A DNA stretch of 64,000 bases from Candidatus Bathyarchaeia archaeon (lineage in GTDB: Archaea > Thermoproteota > Bathyarchaeia > 40CM-2-53-6): positions 64,001 through 128,000 of the forward strand of contig JBEKFP010000003.1 in NCBI GenBank assembly GCA_050013255.1, in the 5' to 3' direction. The position numbers and the translations under genes were made by a program. A model generated the notes under the pieces. The model saw nothing but the letters and a program-made list of their open reading frames with translations. It was not told where the DNA came from and did not search any database. Below are positions 45,723 through 56,062 of the stretch, in pieces; position 1 is the stretch's first letter; each line of letters starts with the position of its first letter.

Positions 45723-46109
45723 ATGCAGGAATTCCTCGAGAAAGTCAAGCCTAAACAGAAGAAATACTTCACCCAACTACGAACAGCGATCCGCGGCCTT
45801 CCTGAAACTGAAGAGTCTATTGAAATCGACGAGGTTTCAGGGGAATGGTGTCCAGTATACCGCGTCAAGGGCTCCGACTTAGTTTGGGTTCACTTCGATG
45901 AGCACTTGTGGATCAACTTTCCAGTAGAACCGAACTTTGAGAAGAAAGTCCTTCAAGATGAAAACCTCGACACCGAGGTCGTTGATTTCGTGAAAGAAGC
46001 CGAGGAGACCGGTGGGGTAAAATGGGCAACGGCCGAAATAAAATCAGTTGAAGGCGTCGACCAGGTCATCCCAATATTGAAGCTCAGGCATTCCGTATTG
46101 GTTTCATAG
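45723..46109 (+). CDS. Hypothetical acidic protein (possible YdhG/DUF3788-like fold)
   Basis: 128-aa ORF with coding-like composition; fold assignment tentative. Confidence 0.55.
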   Translation: MQEFLEKVKPKQKKYFTQLRTAIRGLPETEESIEIDEVSGEWCPVYRVKGSDLVWVHFDEHLWINFPVEPNFEKKVLQDENLDTEVVDFVKEAEETGGVKWATAEIKSVEGVDQVIPILKLRHSVLVS

Positions 46110-46204
46110 AATCAATCCCATTCAATCGGAGTTGCACTCGGCTCCTGTGAGAGCCGATGGAAACATCGAAAGTATCTTATACGATGTGGGACAGAAACTG
46201 AAAA

Positions 46205-46624
46205 ATGCCCACTCTTAGTTACCAGGGAATTGGGCCGCGGCTGGTCGCGCAGATAATCGATTCTGTGGTACTTGTTGTCCTCTTCCTGTTGGTCGGGTTC
46301 GCGCTTTCAGGCTCATTCACATTCGAATTCCAAGGTGAGGCCGCTTATCCCTTCCTGATCGCCTACGGTTTAATCGTAATACTGTACTACGCAATCCTTG
46401 AGGGTACTATGGGTGCAACATTCGGCAAGAAGCTTGTCAAAATCAAGGTCGTTAAGGACGATGGGTCTGCGTGTGGTATTGGACCCGCTTTCGTCCGCAC
46501 CTTACTGCGTTTCATTGATGCTTTGCCATTCCTCTACATCATTGGCTTGGTCCTCATCGCCCGATCAGAAAAGAAGCAGAGGCTCGGGGACCGCTTAGCG
46601 AGAACAGTCGTTGTGAAAGCCTGA
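46205..46624 (+). CDS. RDD family membrane protein
   Basis: R.VA.IID, G.TFGK...IKVV, R.LLRFID, KQRLGDRLARTVVV. Confidence 0.9.
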   Translation: MPTLSYQGIGPRLVAQIIDSVVLVVLFLLVGFALSGSFTFEFQGEAAYPFLIAYGLIVILYYAILEGTMGATFGKKLVKIKVVKDDGSACGIGPAFVRTLLRFIDALPFLYIIGLVLIARSEKKQRLGDRLARTVVVKA

Positions 46625-46680
46625 GGATACCGGGGCGAATCTCTGTACTCCGGACACCGAATCCTTTCCTAAGTTAGAAT

Positions 46681-47463
46681 CTATTGTTTGCCTTTGGGCG
46701 TTTTCTGATCAGGCGTACTGTCGGCCCACAGGTATTCGAAGTAGGTCTTAGCGAATTTTGCGAGGCCAATATGGTCGGACCAAATGGCTAGGCCTATCGC
46801 CTCTTCTCCTTCCTGTCCGAGGAGGAGGATGACTTCGTGGCCATCGGCGATTATTCCGCCGCCGAACATCTGTTCACGGATGCGCACATCACAGAACTTC
46901 GCCAGTTTGTCCATGGTTTCACTCATTGGGGTCTTCATAGTCATTATTTGCACCTTGACGCCCCTTTCCACAATGGTTTTGACGATCGGGATCAGCATTT
47001 CCGCGGTTGCGTCAGGTATCCCGGGAACTGCAACGAGGATCTCTTTCTGCACGTGTTCCACGGTTTCCCTGATCTTGGCGAGAACGTTGAAGGTTCCGCG
47101 CACGATCCAGATATCTGGGCGTTCCCTCACGCCTTTCTTCTCATATATTGGTTGAAGTTCATCTAGGACTAATCCTTCGTTCGTCTTGAGTGAGTTCTCA
47201 AGTTGGGATTTCGTAATTTCGAGTGCTACTGAGGGCGGTTTCGGATAGTACTTGCTTGGTCGCCCGTGTTCCATTTCAATCCAGCCTTTCTTTTCGAGCG
47301 ACCCCAGCACTTCGTAGATTTTCGAATAGGGCACATCGGAGGCTTCGCTTAGCTGGCTTGCCGTTGCAGGGCCAATTTCAAGGAGTGAGGTGTATGAGCG
47401 TATTTCGTAGTCGGTTAGTCCGAATTCTTGGAGCGAACGCCTTGCTTTGTCGCTTATTGTCAC
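46681..47463 (-). CDS. TrmB family transcriptional regulator
   Basis: FGLTDYE..Y..LL, VPYSKIYEVL.SLEKKGW, PLD-like effector domain. Confidence 0.9.
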   Translation of the reverse strand: MTISDKARRSLQEFGLTDYEIRSYTSLLEIGPATASQLSEASDVPYSKIYEVLGSLEKKGWIEMEHGRPSKYYPKPPSVALEITKSQLENSLKTNEGLVLDELQPIYEKKGVRERPDIWIVRGTFNVLAKIRETVEHVQKEILVAVPGIPDATAEMLIPIVKTIVERGVKVQIMTMKTPMSETMDKLAKFCDVRIREQMFGGGIIADGHEVILLLGQEGEEAIGLAIWSDHIGLAKFAKTYFEYLWADSTPDQKTPKGKQ

Positions 47464-47546
47464 TGCTAGCAGGCCTACGAATTGCGCTGATGGAGCTTTC
47501 TAGCTGGGATTGAATATAAGATTTCACTACTGAAAGTGGTTAACGA

Positions 47547-47999
47547 TTAGTGGTTTTGTCGGGGTTCGTTTGAAACCCAATATGATTCCTTCGTCGTGAA
47601 TTCCTTCTTCCAAATCGGGACTTCCTTCTTCACCCTCTCAACAGTTTCGGAAAGTGCGGAAAAAACGTCGTGGCGGTGTTTTCCAAGCACAGCGACGAAG
47701 AGGCTTGGTTCACCAACGTTCAAAGTATCAATAATGTGATGGATCGACACCTCGAGTATCCCTGCGCGTTTCTTGATCGTATCTCTAATTTCTTGCATGC
47801 GTTTGAGGGCAACATCAGTGTAGGCTTCGTATTCAAGGCGAACCACTTTCGCTTCAGACTCACGTACCGGATCTTCGCGAACCACACCGACGAAGCACGC
47901 TACTGCCCCGGCCTCATGATAACCAGCAAGCTGAGAAAGGTCACCCATTATTCTGTTCAGGTCAACCTCCCCCTTCTTGTGAAGTCCGATAACGTCCAT
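47547..47999 (-). CDS. moaE: Molybdopterin synthase catalytic subunit
   Basis: GAV..F.G.VR, LEYEAY, HR...F, K.EVPIWKKE. Confidence 0.9.
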   Translation of the reverse strand: MDVIGLHKKGEVDLNRIMGDLSQLAGYHEAGAVACFVGVVREDPVRESEAKVVRLEYEAYTDVALKRMQEIRDTIKKRAGILEVSIHHIIDTLNVGEPSLFVAVLGKHRHDVFSALSETVERVKKEVPIWKKEFTTKESYWVSNEPRQNH

Positions 48000-48083
48000 C
48001 GGGGTTGGCGTCCAAGAATTACGTTGTCATGCTCAGGATGAAAAATGTTCTTTGAGGCTGAAGAGCAGAGGCGATTCTGTGAC

Positions 48084-48320
48084 CTACGTTTTCTGCTGTA
48101 TCTCGGTTTTCATTTTCTCGAGGTGTTGATTTTCAGAGTCAAACTTCGTTCCGACGATCTGCACTTGGTAGATGGTTTTGGGAGCGTTACAGAAATCGCA
48201 CGGGGGCCCAAACCCTTCGGGGCTCGGTGAAACCCTAAGCCAGAGCTGGTTTATCCCAGCATAAGTAAGGTCAAGTCTGACTTTATCGCGGGCACAGTTC
48301 TCGCAAAGATAGAAAGGCAT
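48084..48320 (-). CDS. Small zinc-finger protein
   Basis: MPFYLCENCA...PCDFCN; ATG at 48320. Confidence 0.6.
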   Translation of the reverse strand: MPFYLCENCARDKVRLDLTYAGINQLWLRVSPSPEGFGPPCDFCNAPKTIYQVQIVGTKFDSENQHLEKMKTEIQQKT

Positions 48321-48380
48321 CGCGTACACTAGGGGACGCGATAGGCTTAGACCCGTTATTAACACTTCGAATCCGCGGGC

Positions 48381-48593
48381 GTGATCTACTTATGGGAAAC
48401 TGCGTGCTTTCACAGGAGGCGTTATCTTCTGCTGGCCCTGCCAATGGGGTTAGTGGACTTCTTCGTCCCATTCGTAGGAAGCCTAACACTGCCCGTATTC
48501 GAGTCGTTCCTCTTTGCACTGGGGCTGGGATGTCTGGGTTTGACTTTGATAGTTGGGAGAGGCTTGGATTCCCCCAGCCGGCGACGACGTTAG
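48381..48593 (+). CDS. Small two-TM membrane protein
   Basis: Two hydrophobic segments flanked by Arg clusters. Confidence 0.4.
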   Translation: MIYLWETACFHRRRYLLLALPMGLVDFFVPFVGSLTLPVFESFLFALGLGCLGLTLIVGRGLDSPSRRRR

Positions 48594-48823
48594 TGAGTCC
48601 CAGTTCCGTTCGGCATTATGCGACTCAGGGTAAATGCCTTATCAACACAAAATGTTCAGGTTAACTCTGATTCCCTCATCGTCGCATTTCAAGTATGGGT
48701 TTGAACTTGGTTTAAACTTTCCCAGTTTCGAGAGGGTCCGAATAGAAGCTCTCCGACAGCCCAACTTAAATACAAACTGTGCCTATTTAGCTGCATTCGG
48801 TATCTCGCAAAGTTGGAATCTCT

Positions 48824-50356
48824 TTGAGATCTTCGAGTTTAGTTATCATACTGGGTGTTATGCTTGTGGCTTTGTTGCTTCCGACGAACGTACACGCCCC
48901 CCCTCCCCCTGTATTCTTGACGCTTACTCCTAGCCCGCAGACAATTTCTCAAACTCAAACTGCTACTTACCATATCGGCATCACCTCAACCCCGAGCACT
49001 TCTTTCACGATGTCAGTTTCGGGTGTTGTGGGGTCTTTCACCGCCAATCCTGTGACAACTGATCCCATCGGCGGGTTAGCCTCGGTAGACCTTGTTGCGG
49101 ATGCGAGCACTCCTCCAACCTATTGCCCGGGAACATACAGCTTCACTGTTACGGCCACAGGCCCAGGGTCAGCGTCCATTGGGGGCGTGCTCACGGTTAA
49201 CCAGGTAGGACCCCCTCTAATAGCTACGGTGTTTACAGACAAAACGAACTACCAGACGGGACAAACCATCAGAATATCCCTCTCGGTTTCTAGGCCAGCC
49301 GAAGGCCAAATCACGGTTACGGGGCCTTCCGGGTACTCTCCTTTAGGCTACCCATTCCAGACGTCAAGTGCTGGCAGCGGTGCCGTAGCGAGCTTCACCG
49401 CCGGAGCCATAGGAACGTATTCCGTTAGCGTGCAGGCGGATGATTATTGCAGCGGCTTCAGTAGCACCCAAACGACTTTCACCGTTAGCCCCAACAGTTA
49501 CGACGTATCAATCACTGCCTCGGGAATACCTTCTCAGTATTCAACAAACGTGCAGATTGATGGGCACAACCAGGGGACAATCCAAGGTTCCCAGACCAAG
49601 TCGCTCAGCTTCCCAATTGGTTCCACACACTCAATAATGGTGGATCAATATGTTGCAGGGGACACGGGAGTGAGGTACTATGCATCACAAAACTCTTGGT
49701 CCGTATCGTCCACGGACAGTCACACGTTCAACTATCAGATCCAGTACCAGTTCAATGTGCTTACCGATCCGAGCGGCGTTACTCCTACGACAGGGGGAGG
49801 ATGGTACCCTGACGGCCAATCGGTGCAGACGAACCAAGCTCCCCCGACCGTGGCAGGCCCAAGCGGCACTCAATTCGCTTTCAAGGACTGGGAACTTGAT
49901 GGGGCACCCCAGAGCGGCAACCAACTAACTGTCACGATGAATGCGCCCCATACCGCTGTGGCCAAGTATTCAACTCAGTATCAGCTCGTGGTTGATTCAC
50001 CCGGTGGACTTGGCAACCCACAAGGAGCGGGATACTACGATGCTGGGTCGACCGCAACCTTCTCTGTAACCTCACCCGTAGGCTTCCTGGTGCAGCAAGT
50101 CCTCGTCCATTGGCAAGGCGACTATACTGGGACTAACCCGCAAGGCACAGTCACTATGGACCAACCAAGAACCGTGCACGCAGTTTGGACGACAAGTTAC
50201 ACGCAAGCCTACATCGTTGGAGGCATTCTAGCAGTTGTTATAGTTGCAGCTGCAATCATGATGATGCGGCGAGGGAAGGGCGGCACGAAGGCTGATAAGC
50301 CGGCTAAGAAGAAAGGGTTCGGTTTGCGTATAGGTAAACCGAAAACCGAGAGTTAG
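48824..50356 (+). CDS. Membrane-anchored surface protein (Ig-like domains + divergent InlB-B-like repeats)
   Basis: Signal peptide, YCPG, TDK..Y..G, G.GWY..G repeats, C-terminal TM + basic tail. Confidence 0.78.
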   Translation: MRSSSLVIILGVMLVALLLPTNVHAPPPPVFLTLTPSPQTISQTQTATYHIGITSTPSTSFTMSVSGVVGSFTANPVTTDPIGGLASVDLVADASTPPTYCPGTYSFTVTATGPGSASIGGVLTVNQVGPPLIATVFTDKTNYQTGQTIRISLSVSRPAEGQITVTGPSGYSPLGYPFQTSSAGSGAVASFTAGAIGTYSVSVQADDYCSGFSSTQTTFTVSPNSYDVSITASGIPSQYSTNVQIDGHNQGTIQGSQTKSLSFPIGSTHSIMVDQYVAGDTGVRYYASQNSWSVSSTDSHTFNYQIQYQFNVLTDPSGVTPTTGGGWYPDGQSVQTNQAPPTVAGPSGTQFAFKDWELDGAPQSGNQLTVTMNAPHTAVAKYSTQYQLVVDSPGGLGNPQGAGYYDAGSTATFSVTSPVGFLVQQVLVHWQGDYTGTNPQGTVTMDQPRTVHAVWTTSYTQAYIVGGILAVVIVAAAIMMMRRGKGGTKADKPAKKKGFGLRIGKPKTES

Positions 50357-50367
50357 GTGAAATCGTC

Positions 50368-50610
50368 TTGTCAACCGAAAAGGATGCGCAGAAAGACCTG
50401 CTGAAACTCTACGCCTACGGCACCCTAGCAAACTTCTGGGTAACCGTCGGGGCTAAGGACGCCGTAGACGAGGACGAGGCTCAAGCATTTCTTCAGCTTC
50501 AACAGTCTCTAGTCAAACGCTTCGAAGAGACATTAGAACCGCACTTGGATGAAGACTCAATGGAAGCCTTTCGAAAATTCGTCAGCCACTACAGAATCCG
50601 AATGGGATGA
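50368..50610 (+). CDS. Hypothetical 80-aa helical protein
   Basis: AGGTGA SD before the TTG; lies between the paralogous surface proteins. Confidence 0.6.
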   Translation: MSTEKDAQKDLLKLYAYGTLANFWVTVGAKDAVDEDEAQAFLQLQQSLVKRFEETLEPHLDEDSMEAFRKFVSHYRIRMG

Positions 50611-50714
50611 CTTCAGAACTCTAATCTCAGCTGAGCATGCATCATCAGCGTGAGATTTGAGCTACGCGTAGCCAACCTGCGAATCTCGCCTGCTCAGAGG
50701 GACAGATATATTAG

Positions 50715-52391
50715 ATGTCGGCCACGAGGCATACCAAGATAATTCAGGTAGGGTTTGCCTTGAAATACTCGAAGGCCATGTTCCTGACCGCGTTCATAAT
50801 TCTGGCGTTGATGGTTCCAAGCGTTCGAGCCCCCGGGCCGCCTGTCTCCGTAACAGTGACTCCAAGTTCGCAAGCCGCCGCTCAGGGCAGTCAGGTGACC
50901 TATACAGTGAACCTTGCAGGCGCTCAGAACCCCAGTGGACAATATACCCTCAGCTTGTCAGGGTTGAACTCTGGACAATATTCATTTTCCCCGAATCCTC
51001 TAACTGTCTCAGGTGGATCCGGAGTCAGCACGCTAACAGTAAACACGAGTAGCGCCCCTGGGCTGTACTGTCCAGGTAGCTATCCATTCACTGTGACCGC
51101 GCAATACACTGGCCCACCGGCAATTCCAGACTCAGGCACAAGTTCAACAACCTTCCTGACAGTGACTCAGGTGGGACCACCACTGTCGATTTCTGTAAAC
51201 ACGGACAAACCAGCCTACATGATCGGAGATAAAGTAACCATATTGGTCACTCTTAACAGGCCCGCCGAAGGGTCAGTACAAATCTTGCCTCCTGGAGCAA
51301 CGCCGCAGACATATTCCTTCACCACGAATGGGCCACAGACATTACAGAAAACCCTCTCCGCCTCTCAGTACATTGGCCGCTGGACCGTGCTTGTTCAAGC
51401 TGATGACTACTGCAGTGGGGGGGCTAGCGGAACCGCCTACTTCGACGTAACGCCGAATGCCTATGATGTTTCAATCTCGCTTTCCGGCGTGGCCACATCC
51501 GTTTCGGTTAACCTCCAGGTTGACGGCCAGAATGCGGGGTCGATGCTTGGTTCCGATGTTAAGACATTGAGTTTCAAGATTTCGACGCAACATTCCATAT
51601 CAGTCGATCAGTATGTCCAAGGCGATACGGGGGTAAGATTCTACGCGGCACAGAATACCTGGACTACCAGTTCCGCCAGCAGCCATACCTTCTCGTACCA
51701 AGCGCAGTACTTGCTCACGGTCGCGACCGATCCGGATGGTATAACTCAGGTAAGTGGAGGGGGCTGGTATAATGCGGGTACTCCGGTTCCAATCGGACAA
51801 CTCCCGCAAACGGTGAATGGTACAAGTGGCACTCGCTATAATCTGGTTGGCTGGTTCTTGGATGGAGCCGCGCAATCCGGAAATCCATTGACCGTTACCA
51901 TGGACAAATCTCACAAGGCTGTTGCGAAATATGAGACGCAGTACCAGCTTCTAATCGACTCGCCTTTTGGGGATCCGAAAGGCCAAGGCTACTACACGGC
52001 CGGGTCAACGGCGACCTTCTCGGTAACTACCCCCTGGGGATTCCCAGTGCAACAAATCTTCCTCGGATGGCAAGGTGATTACACAGGCACGTCGCCACAA
52101 GCTTCCATCACAATGGATGGGCCGAAAGTTCTTCGCGCTACGTGGTCAACCAGCTACATACCACTCATAGCCCTAATCGTGGTGGCACTTGCAGTCGTGG
52201 CCGGGATCTTGTTTTGGAAGAAGCGAAAAAAGCCTCCTCCCGAAACTAAACCGACACCAAGCGCGGCCGCGGGGGAAGAGGCAGCCAAGAGCGTGAAATG
52301 CGCCTCGTGCGGAACCGACAACTCCACCGACCAGAAATTCTGCACAAACTGCGGAGAAAAACTGACAGAGAGCAAAAAGCATCACACTTAA
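50715..52391 (+). CDS. Paralogous surface protein with cytoplasmic zinc ribbon
   Basis: Shares YCPG.Y.FTVTA, QVGPPL and VQADDYCSG with 48824; TM then CASCG...FCTNCG. Confidence 0.8.
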   Translation: MSATRHTKIIQVGFALKYSKAMFLTAFIILALMVPSVRAPGPPVSVTVTPSSQAAAQGSQVTYTVNLAGAQNPSGQYTLSLSGLNSGQYSFSPNPLTVSGGSGVSTLTVNTSSAPGLYCPGSYPFTVTAQYTGPPAIPDSGTSSTTFLTVTQVGPPLSISVNTDKPAYMIGDKVTILVTLNRPAEGSVQILPPGATPQTYSFTTNGPQTLQKTLSASQYIGRWTVLVQADDYCSGGASGTAYFDVTPNAYDVSISLSGVATSVSVNLQVDGQNAGSMLGSDVKTLSFKISTQHSISVDQYVQGDTGVRFYAAQNTWTTSSASSHTFSYQAQYLLTVATDPDGITQVSGGGWYNAGTPVPIGQLPQTVNGTSGTRYNLVGWFLDGAAQSGNPLTVTMDKSHKAVAKYETQYQLLIDSPFGDPKGQGYYTAGSTATFSVTTPWGFPVQQIFLGWQGDYTGTSPQASITMDGPKVLRATWSTSYIPLIALIVVALAVVAGILFWKKRKKPPPETKPTPSAAAGEEAAKSVKCASCGTDNSTDQKFCTNCGEKLTESKKHHT

Positions 52392-52424
52392 CCAACACAA
52401 ACGCTCCCTCAGCTTTGTTGCGCG

Positions 52425-53501
52425 ATGGCCTCGCTAACGGAGTCACTCCCAGAACAGAATCAAACCGACAGACTATTCTTCGTTCTTTCAGGCGAGCACG
52501 CATCCCTCCCCGCCGCAGAAGTAAAAGCGATTCTAGAAGCGAGTGGCGCAAAATTCTCCGGACCGACTCTGAGCTACAGGTTACTCACTCTAAACGCTCC
52601 ATTCAGTGCCTTGAAGGCGGTTTCGGAAAGGAGCTTAATGTACGATTGGTGCGGCCTATGCTTGGGAGAATGTGAGGCCAATGAGCGGCAAATTGAGGCA
52701 TTCGTGAAGAGTCAGCCGAATGAACGGTTAACTCGCGGCGCTGAAAGTTTTGCGGTTCGGTCTGTGCGGTTGGGTGGGGCTGCCAAGTCGGTCCGGCGCG
52801 TACCTTTGGAAGGGAGGATTGGGTGTGTTTTGAAAGAGTCGGTTCCACGGTTACGTGTTCAACTCGAGAACCCTGACCTCGTCTTTGCTTGCGTGTTGTA
52901 TGAGGACAAGTTTCTGCTCGGTTTATCGAGCTATTCGAAGCCGTCTGGCCTCATCGCGCCTAGGCTGCCACGTAGGCGTCCCGCATTTCACCCGTCCACG
53001 ATGCCGCCGAAGATAGCGAGGTGCATGGTCAACTTAGCGCGATCAGTTCCGGGCACAAGATTTGCCGATCCATTCTCAGGAGTGGGCGGTATTGCCATCG
53101 AGGCTGCGGTGATCGGTTGTAAAGTTCTAGGAGTGGATGCTAACCTTCGCATGCTTAGGGGCGCTCGGAGAAACATAAACTATTTTGGCTATGAGGCTGA
53201 AGGCTATCTCAATGCTGATGCCCGCCATCTCCCCATGCATGACTTGGACGCCATCGCAACTGACCCCCCCTACGGGCGGGGCTCGTCAACCATGGGAACT
53301 AAAGTAGCCGCTTTGGTTAAGGAGTTCCTAGAAGGAGTGAAGAGCTCGTTGAAAAAAGATGCCCACCTCTGCATATCCGCCCCCGTCGAAGTTCAAATTG
53401 AAGAATACGCAAAACAAGCAGGTTTCACGCTGAGGGAAAGACATCTCGCGAAAGTTCACCGCAGCTTAACTAGACAATTCGTCGTATTGCAAAACTCTTA
53501 G
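52425..53501 (+). CDS. tRNA (guanine-N2)-methyltransferase Trm11-like (THUMP + MTase)
   Basis: LSGEH..LP.AE, RPAFHP...P..AR.MVNL, DPF.G.GG, TDPPYGR, VHRSLTR. Confidence 0.88.
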   Translation: MASLTESLPEQNQTDRLFFVLSGEHASLPAAEVKAILEASGAKFSGPTLSYRLLTLNAPFSALKAVSERSLMYDWCGLCLGECEANERQIEAFVKSQPNERLTRGAESFAVRSVRLGGAAKSVRRVPLEGRIGCVLKESVPRLRVQLENPDLVFACVLYEDKFLLGLSSYSKPSGLIAPRLPRRRPAFHPSTMPPKIARCMVNLARSVPGTRFADPFSGVGGIAIEAAVIGCKVLGVDANLRMLRGARRNINYFGYEAEGYLNADARHLPMHDLDAIATDPPYGRGSSTMGTKVAALVKEFLEGVKSSLKKDAHLCISAPVEVQIEEYAKQAGFTLRERHLAKVHRSLTRQFVVLQNS

Positions 53502-53502
53502 A

Positions 53503-54435
53503 ATGGCTTCGAAAATGCCAATTTCCGTAACCTTTCTCGGGACGGGAGGAAGCGTCCCAAGCAAGTATCGAAACCTCCCAAGCGTCCTCGTGCGGAGAGG
53601 CCCAGAGGTAATGCTCTTCGATTGTGGGGAAGGTACGCAACGCCAATTCCTCCAAGCCAAAGCAGGAACCAACCGAAAGATGCGCATATTCATCAGCCAT
53701 ATGCACGGAGACCACGTATTCGGATTACCAGGATTACTCCACACCCTCTCCTTCATGGGAAGAACAAATGAGCTGGAGATTGTGGGCCCAAAAGGAATCG
53801 CAGACCTTGTAACCTCGGTTAATCGGGTTGTCAAATTATATTCGCGATTTCCCATTCGAATAAAGGAGGCACAACATGGCCGCGTTGTCAGTGACGAGGA
53901 ATACGAAGTGCACGCTGCCCCGGCCGAGCACGGCATGCCTTGCTTGGCGTATGCATTCGTGGAGAAACCACGGCCTGGGAAGTTTGACCCTTCCAAAGCG
54001 CTGAAACTTGGCATTCCGGAGGGCCCGATGTGGAAGAAATTACAGGCCTCTGGTTCCGTGAAGATAGGAAGAAAACTGATTCCGTCAAGGCTTGTTGTTG
54101 GACCGCAAAGGCCCGGTGTGAAAATAACGTACGCTGTTGACACACGACCGTGCGCGGCCGTCGTAAAATTGGCGGCTAGGTCAGACCTTTTAATTCATGA
54201 CAGCTGCTTCGCGGAAGCAGCTTCGGCGAAAGCAAGAGATTATGGCCACTCGACCGCGAGCGAAGCCGCGGGTGTTGCGAAGAGGAGTAAGTCCCGGAAA
54301 TTAGCGCTCTTCCACATTAGCGCCATGTATGAGAATCCCGCGCCACTGCTGGCGCAGGCCAAAAGAATATTCCGCGAAACAATTCTCTCGAGAGATATGG
54401 CTACCGTCTACGTCTCCCCACATACTCTTGACTGA
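53503..54435 (+). CDS. rnz: Ribonuclease Z
   Basis: FLGTGG..P, FDCGEGTQRQ, SHMHGDH, GP exosite, DTRP, HST, HIS. Confidence 0.94.
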   Translation: MASKMPISVTFLGTGGSVPSKYRNLPSVLVRRGPEVMLFDCGEGTQRQFLQAKAGTNRKMRIFISHMHGDHVFGLPGLLHTLSFMGRTNELEIVGPKGIADLVTSVNRVVKLYSRFPIRIKEAQHGRVVSDEEYEVHAAPAEHGMPCLAYAFVEKPRPGKFDPSKALKLGIPEGPMWKKLQASGSVKIGRKLIPSRLVVGPQRPGVKITYAVDTRPCAAVVKLAARSDLLIHDSCFAEAASAKARDYGHSTASEAAGVAKRSKSRKLALFHISAMYENPAPLLAQAKRIFRETILSRDMATVYVSPHTLD

Positions 54436-54838
54436 GGCCTGGTCCGGGGCGTGCCAAGAAGTCTATGACCGATTGAGGGTCCGACGACTCTATCTCGATA
54501 GAAATTGGTCCATTAGGAGATTCCCCCGTCGGTTCACAGAACGAGACTCGTCCCACGAACGCCGCTTGTTTGTTAAGATAGATCCTAATTCGTTGCCCTT
54601 CAGTTCGGCTGAAGAGAATCGACCTCGCGGCTGTCCGAATCCTCTCCTGCCTAATCAGATTCTGCAAGGTGGAAAGGAAGGTCAAACCGTCCCCTTGAAT
54701 CCTGAGAACGACTTCGTTCCCCCGCATGCTGGTCTTGTGTATAGGTTCTGATGGGAACAGGTTGTGAAGTGCGCGTTCCACTTTCGCCTCATCTTCGGTT
54801 GGATTAACAACGGACTCGGCAGTGACGTCTGTGTCCAT
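54401..54838 (-). CDS. UPF0201 (DUF54) RNA-binding-like protein
   Basis: VNPTED..KV..A..N.FP, RIR.AAR, LNKQAAF.G. Confidence 0.85.
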   Translation of the reverse strand: MDTDVTAESVVNPTEDEAKVERALHNLFPSEPIHKTSMRGNEVVLRIQGDGLTFLSTLQNLIRQERIRTAARSILFSRTEGQRIRIYLNKQAAFVGRVSFCEPTGESPNGPISIEIESSDPQSVIDFLARPGPGLSQEYVGRRRR

Positions 54839-55389
54839 TATGTTTTCAACTTATTGAGAATGCCTTTGACGGTCGATTGAAGTTCGGTAATTGAATTTTC
54901 GTTGACGGCCAAATGATCAGCCAGAGCAATGACCTGTCCTAATCCCACCGTCAGCTCTCGATTATCGCGCTCGTAGAATGTGTCCCATGTCTTAGGATCA
55001 TCGCTTCTTCCCCGCGACAGGAGCCGCTGAAAACGCGTCTTGGGTGAGGCGTGAATTACTAAGGTGATCACTTCAAACTTCGATTTGAGTTCGGTAAGCT
55101 CATGGAAGCTTCTGACTCCCTCCACGATGACTACGTTGGATTGGCATTGTTCAATCTTAGGAAGTAGCCTTTTGGCTACTGCGGCAGACCCCTCAAGTTC
55201 CCTAACCTGCAACATAACAGCGCCGATGTTTTGGGGGGTTGGGTCGAGCCCCCTGCGCTCAGTTTCTTCTCTGATTACGTCGCCGAGAACCAACACGTCG
55301 AAGCCAAGTTGCTTCGCCGCCGCTGATGCTACCCCCTTCCCAGCGCCGGGCATGCCGGAGATCGCGATGACTTTCTTTCTTGGCTGCAT
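54838..55389 (-). CDS. UPF0200 P-loop kinase (dephospho-CoA kinase-like)
   Basis: GMPGAGK, GD.IREE, EGVRS, R.RSDD, RD.REL..G. Confidence 0.85.
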   Translation of the reverse strand: MQPRKKVIAISGMPGAGKGVASAAAKQLGFDVLVLGDVIREETERRGLDPTPQNIGAVMLQVRELEGSAAVAKRLLPKIEQCQSNVVIVEGVRSFHELTELKSKFEVITLVIHASPKTRFQRLLSRGRSDDPKTWDTFYERDNRELTVGLGQVIALADHLAVNENSITELQSTVKGILNKLKT

Positions 55390-55481
55390 TTGCCGGCAAA
55401 CGTCTCCGAGGTCTTCCCGCCCAATGGCTATGAACCGTTAAATTAGGTCATTCAATATTAGCCTTCGCTGACGGGAATCAT

Positions 55482-56054
55482 ATGTCGCAGGAACGCATAC
55501 GGAGCTTCATCGCAGTTGACCTCGATGAGGCTTCAATACGCGAGCGAATAGTCGCGGTTCAGAGGGGTTTGGAGCAGACACGCGCACAACTGAAAATCGT
55601 GGAGCCAGAGATAATGCATCTGACACTCCGCTTTCTAGGAGAGGTTCCACAGACAACGGTTGGGAAAGTTGAGGAGGCGATGGATTCTGTGCGTTTTCCG
55701 CCGTTCGAAGCAGAGTTCACCGGCCTCGGAGTGTTCCCAAACCCGAGGCGAATCAACGTTGTCTGGGTGGGAATGAAGCATGGGCAAGAGCAATTGAACG
55801 GTATTTTCCAGCAGCTTGAACCGAAGCTTAGGCAGATTGGCTTGCCACCCGACGACAAGGGTTTCAGCCCTCACATGACAATCGCTCGCGTCAAGTCCGC
55901 TATGAACAGGGATGCCTTGGCGCAGTATGTTGAGAGTAAGCGTAGCGAAGAGTTCGGGAAGATGGCGGTAAAGGCTGTGCGATTAAAGAAGAGCACATTG
56001 ACCCCTAGGGGGCCGATTTACACAACAATCCACGAGGTAATAGCTTCGCCCTAA
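55482..56054 (+). CDS. thpR: RNA 2',3'-cyclic phosphodiesterase (2'-5' RNA ligase family)
   Basis: Two HxT motifs (HLTL, PHMTIAR), S.LTP.GPIY. Confidence 0.93.
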   Translation: MSQERIRSFIAVDLDEASIRERIVAVQRGLEQTRAQLKIVEPEIMHLTLRFLGEVPQTTVGKVEEAMDSVRFPPFEAEFTGLGVFPNPRRINVVWVGMKHGQEQLNGIFQQLEPKLRQIGLPPDDKGFSPHMTIARVKSAMNRDALAQYVESKRSEEFGKMAVKAVRLKKSTLTPRGPIYTTIHEVIASP

Positions 56055-56062
56055 CGGATCAA

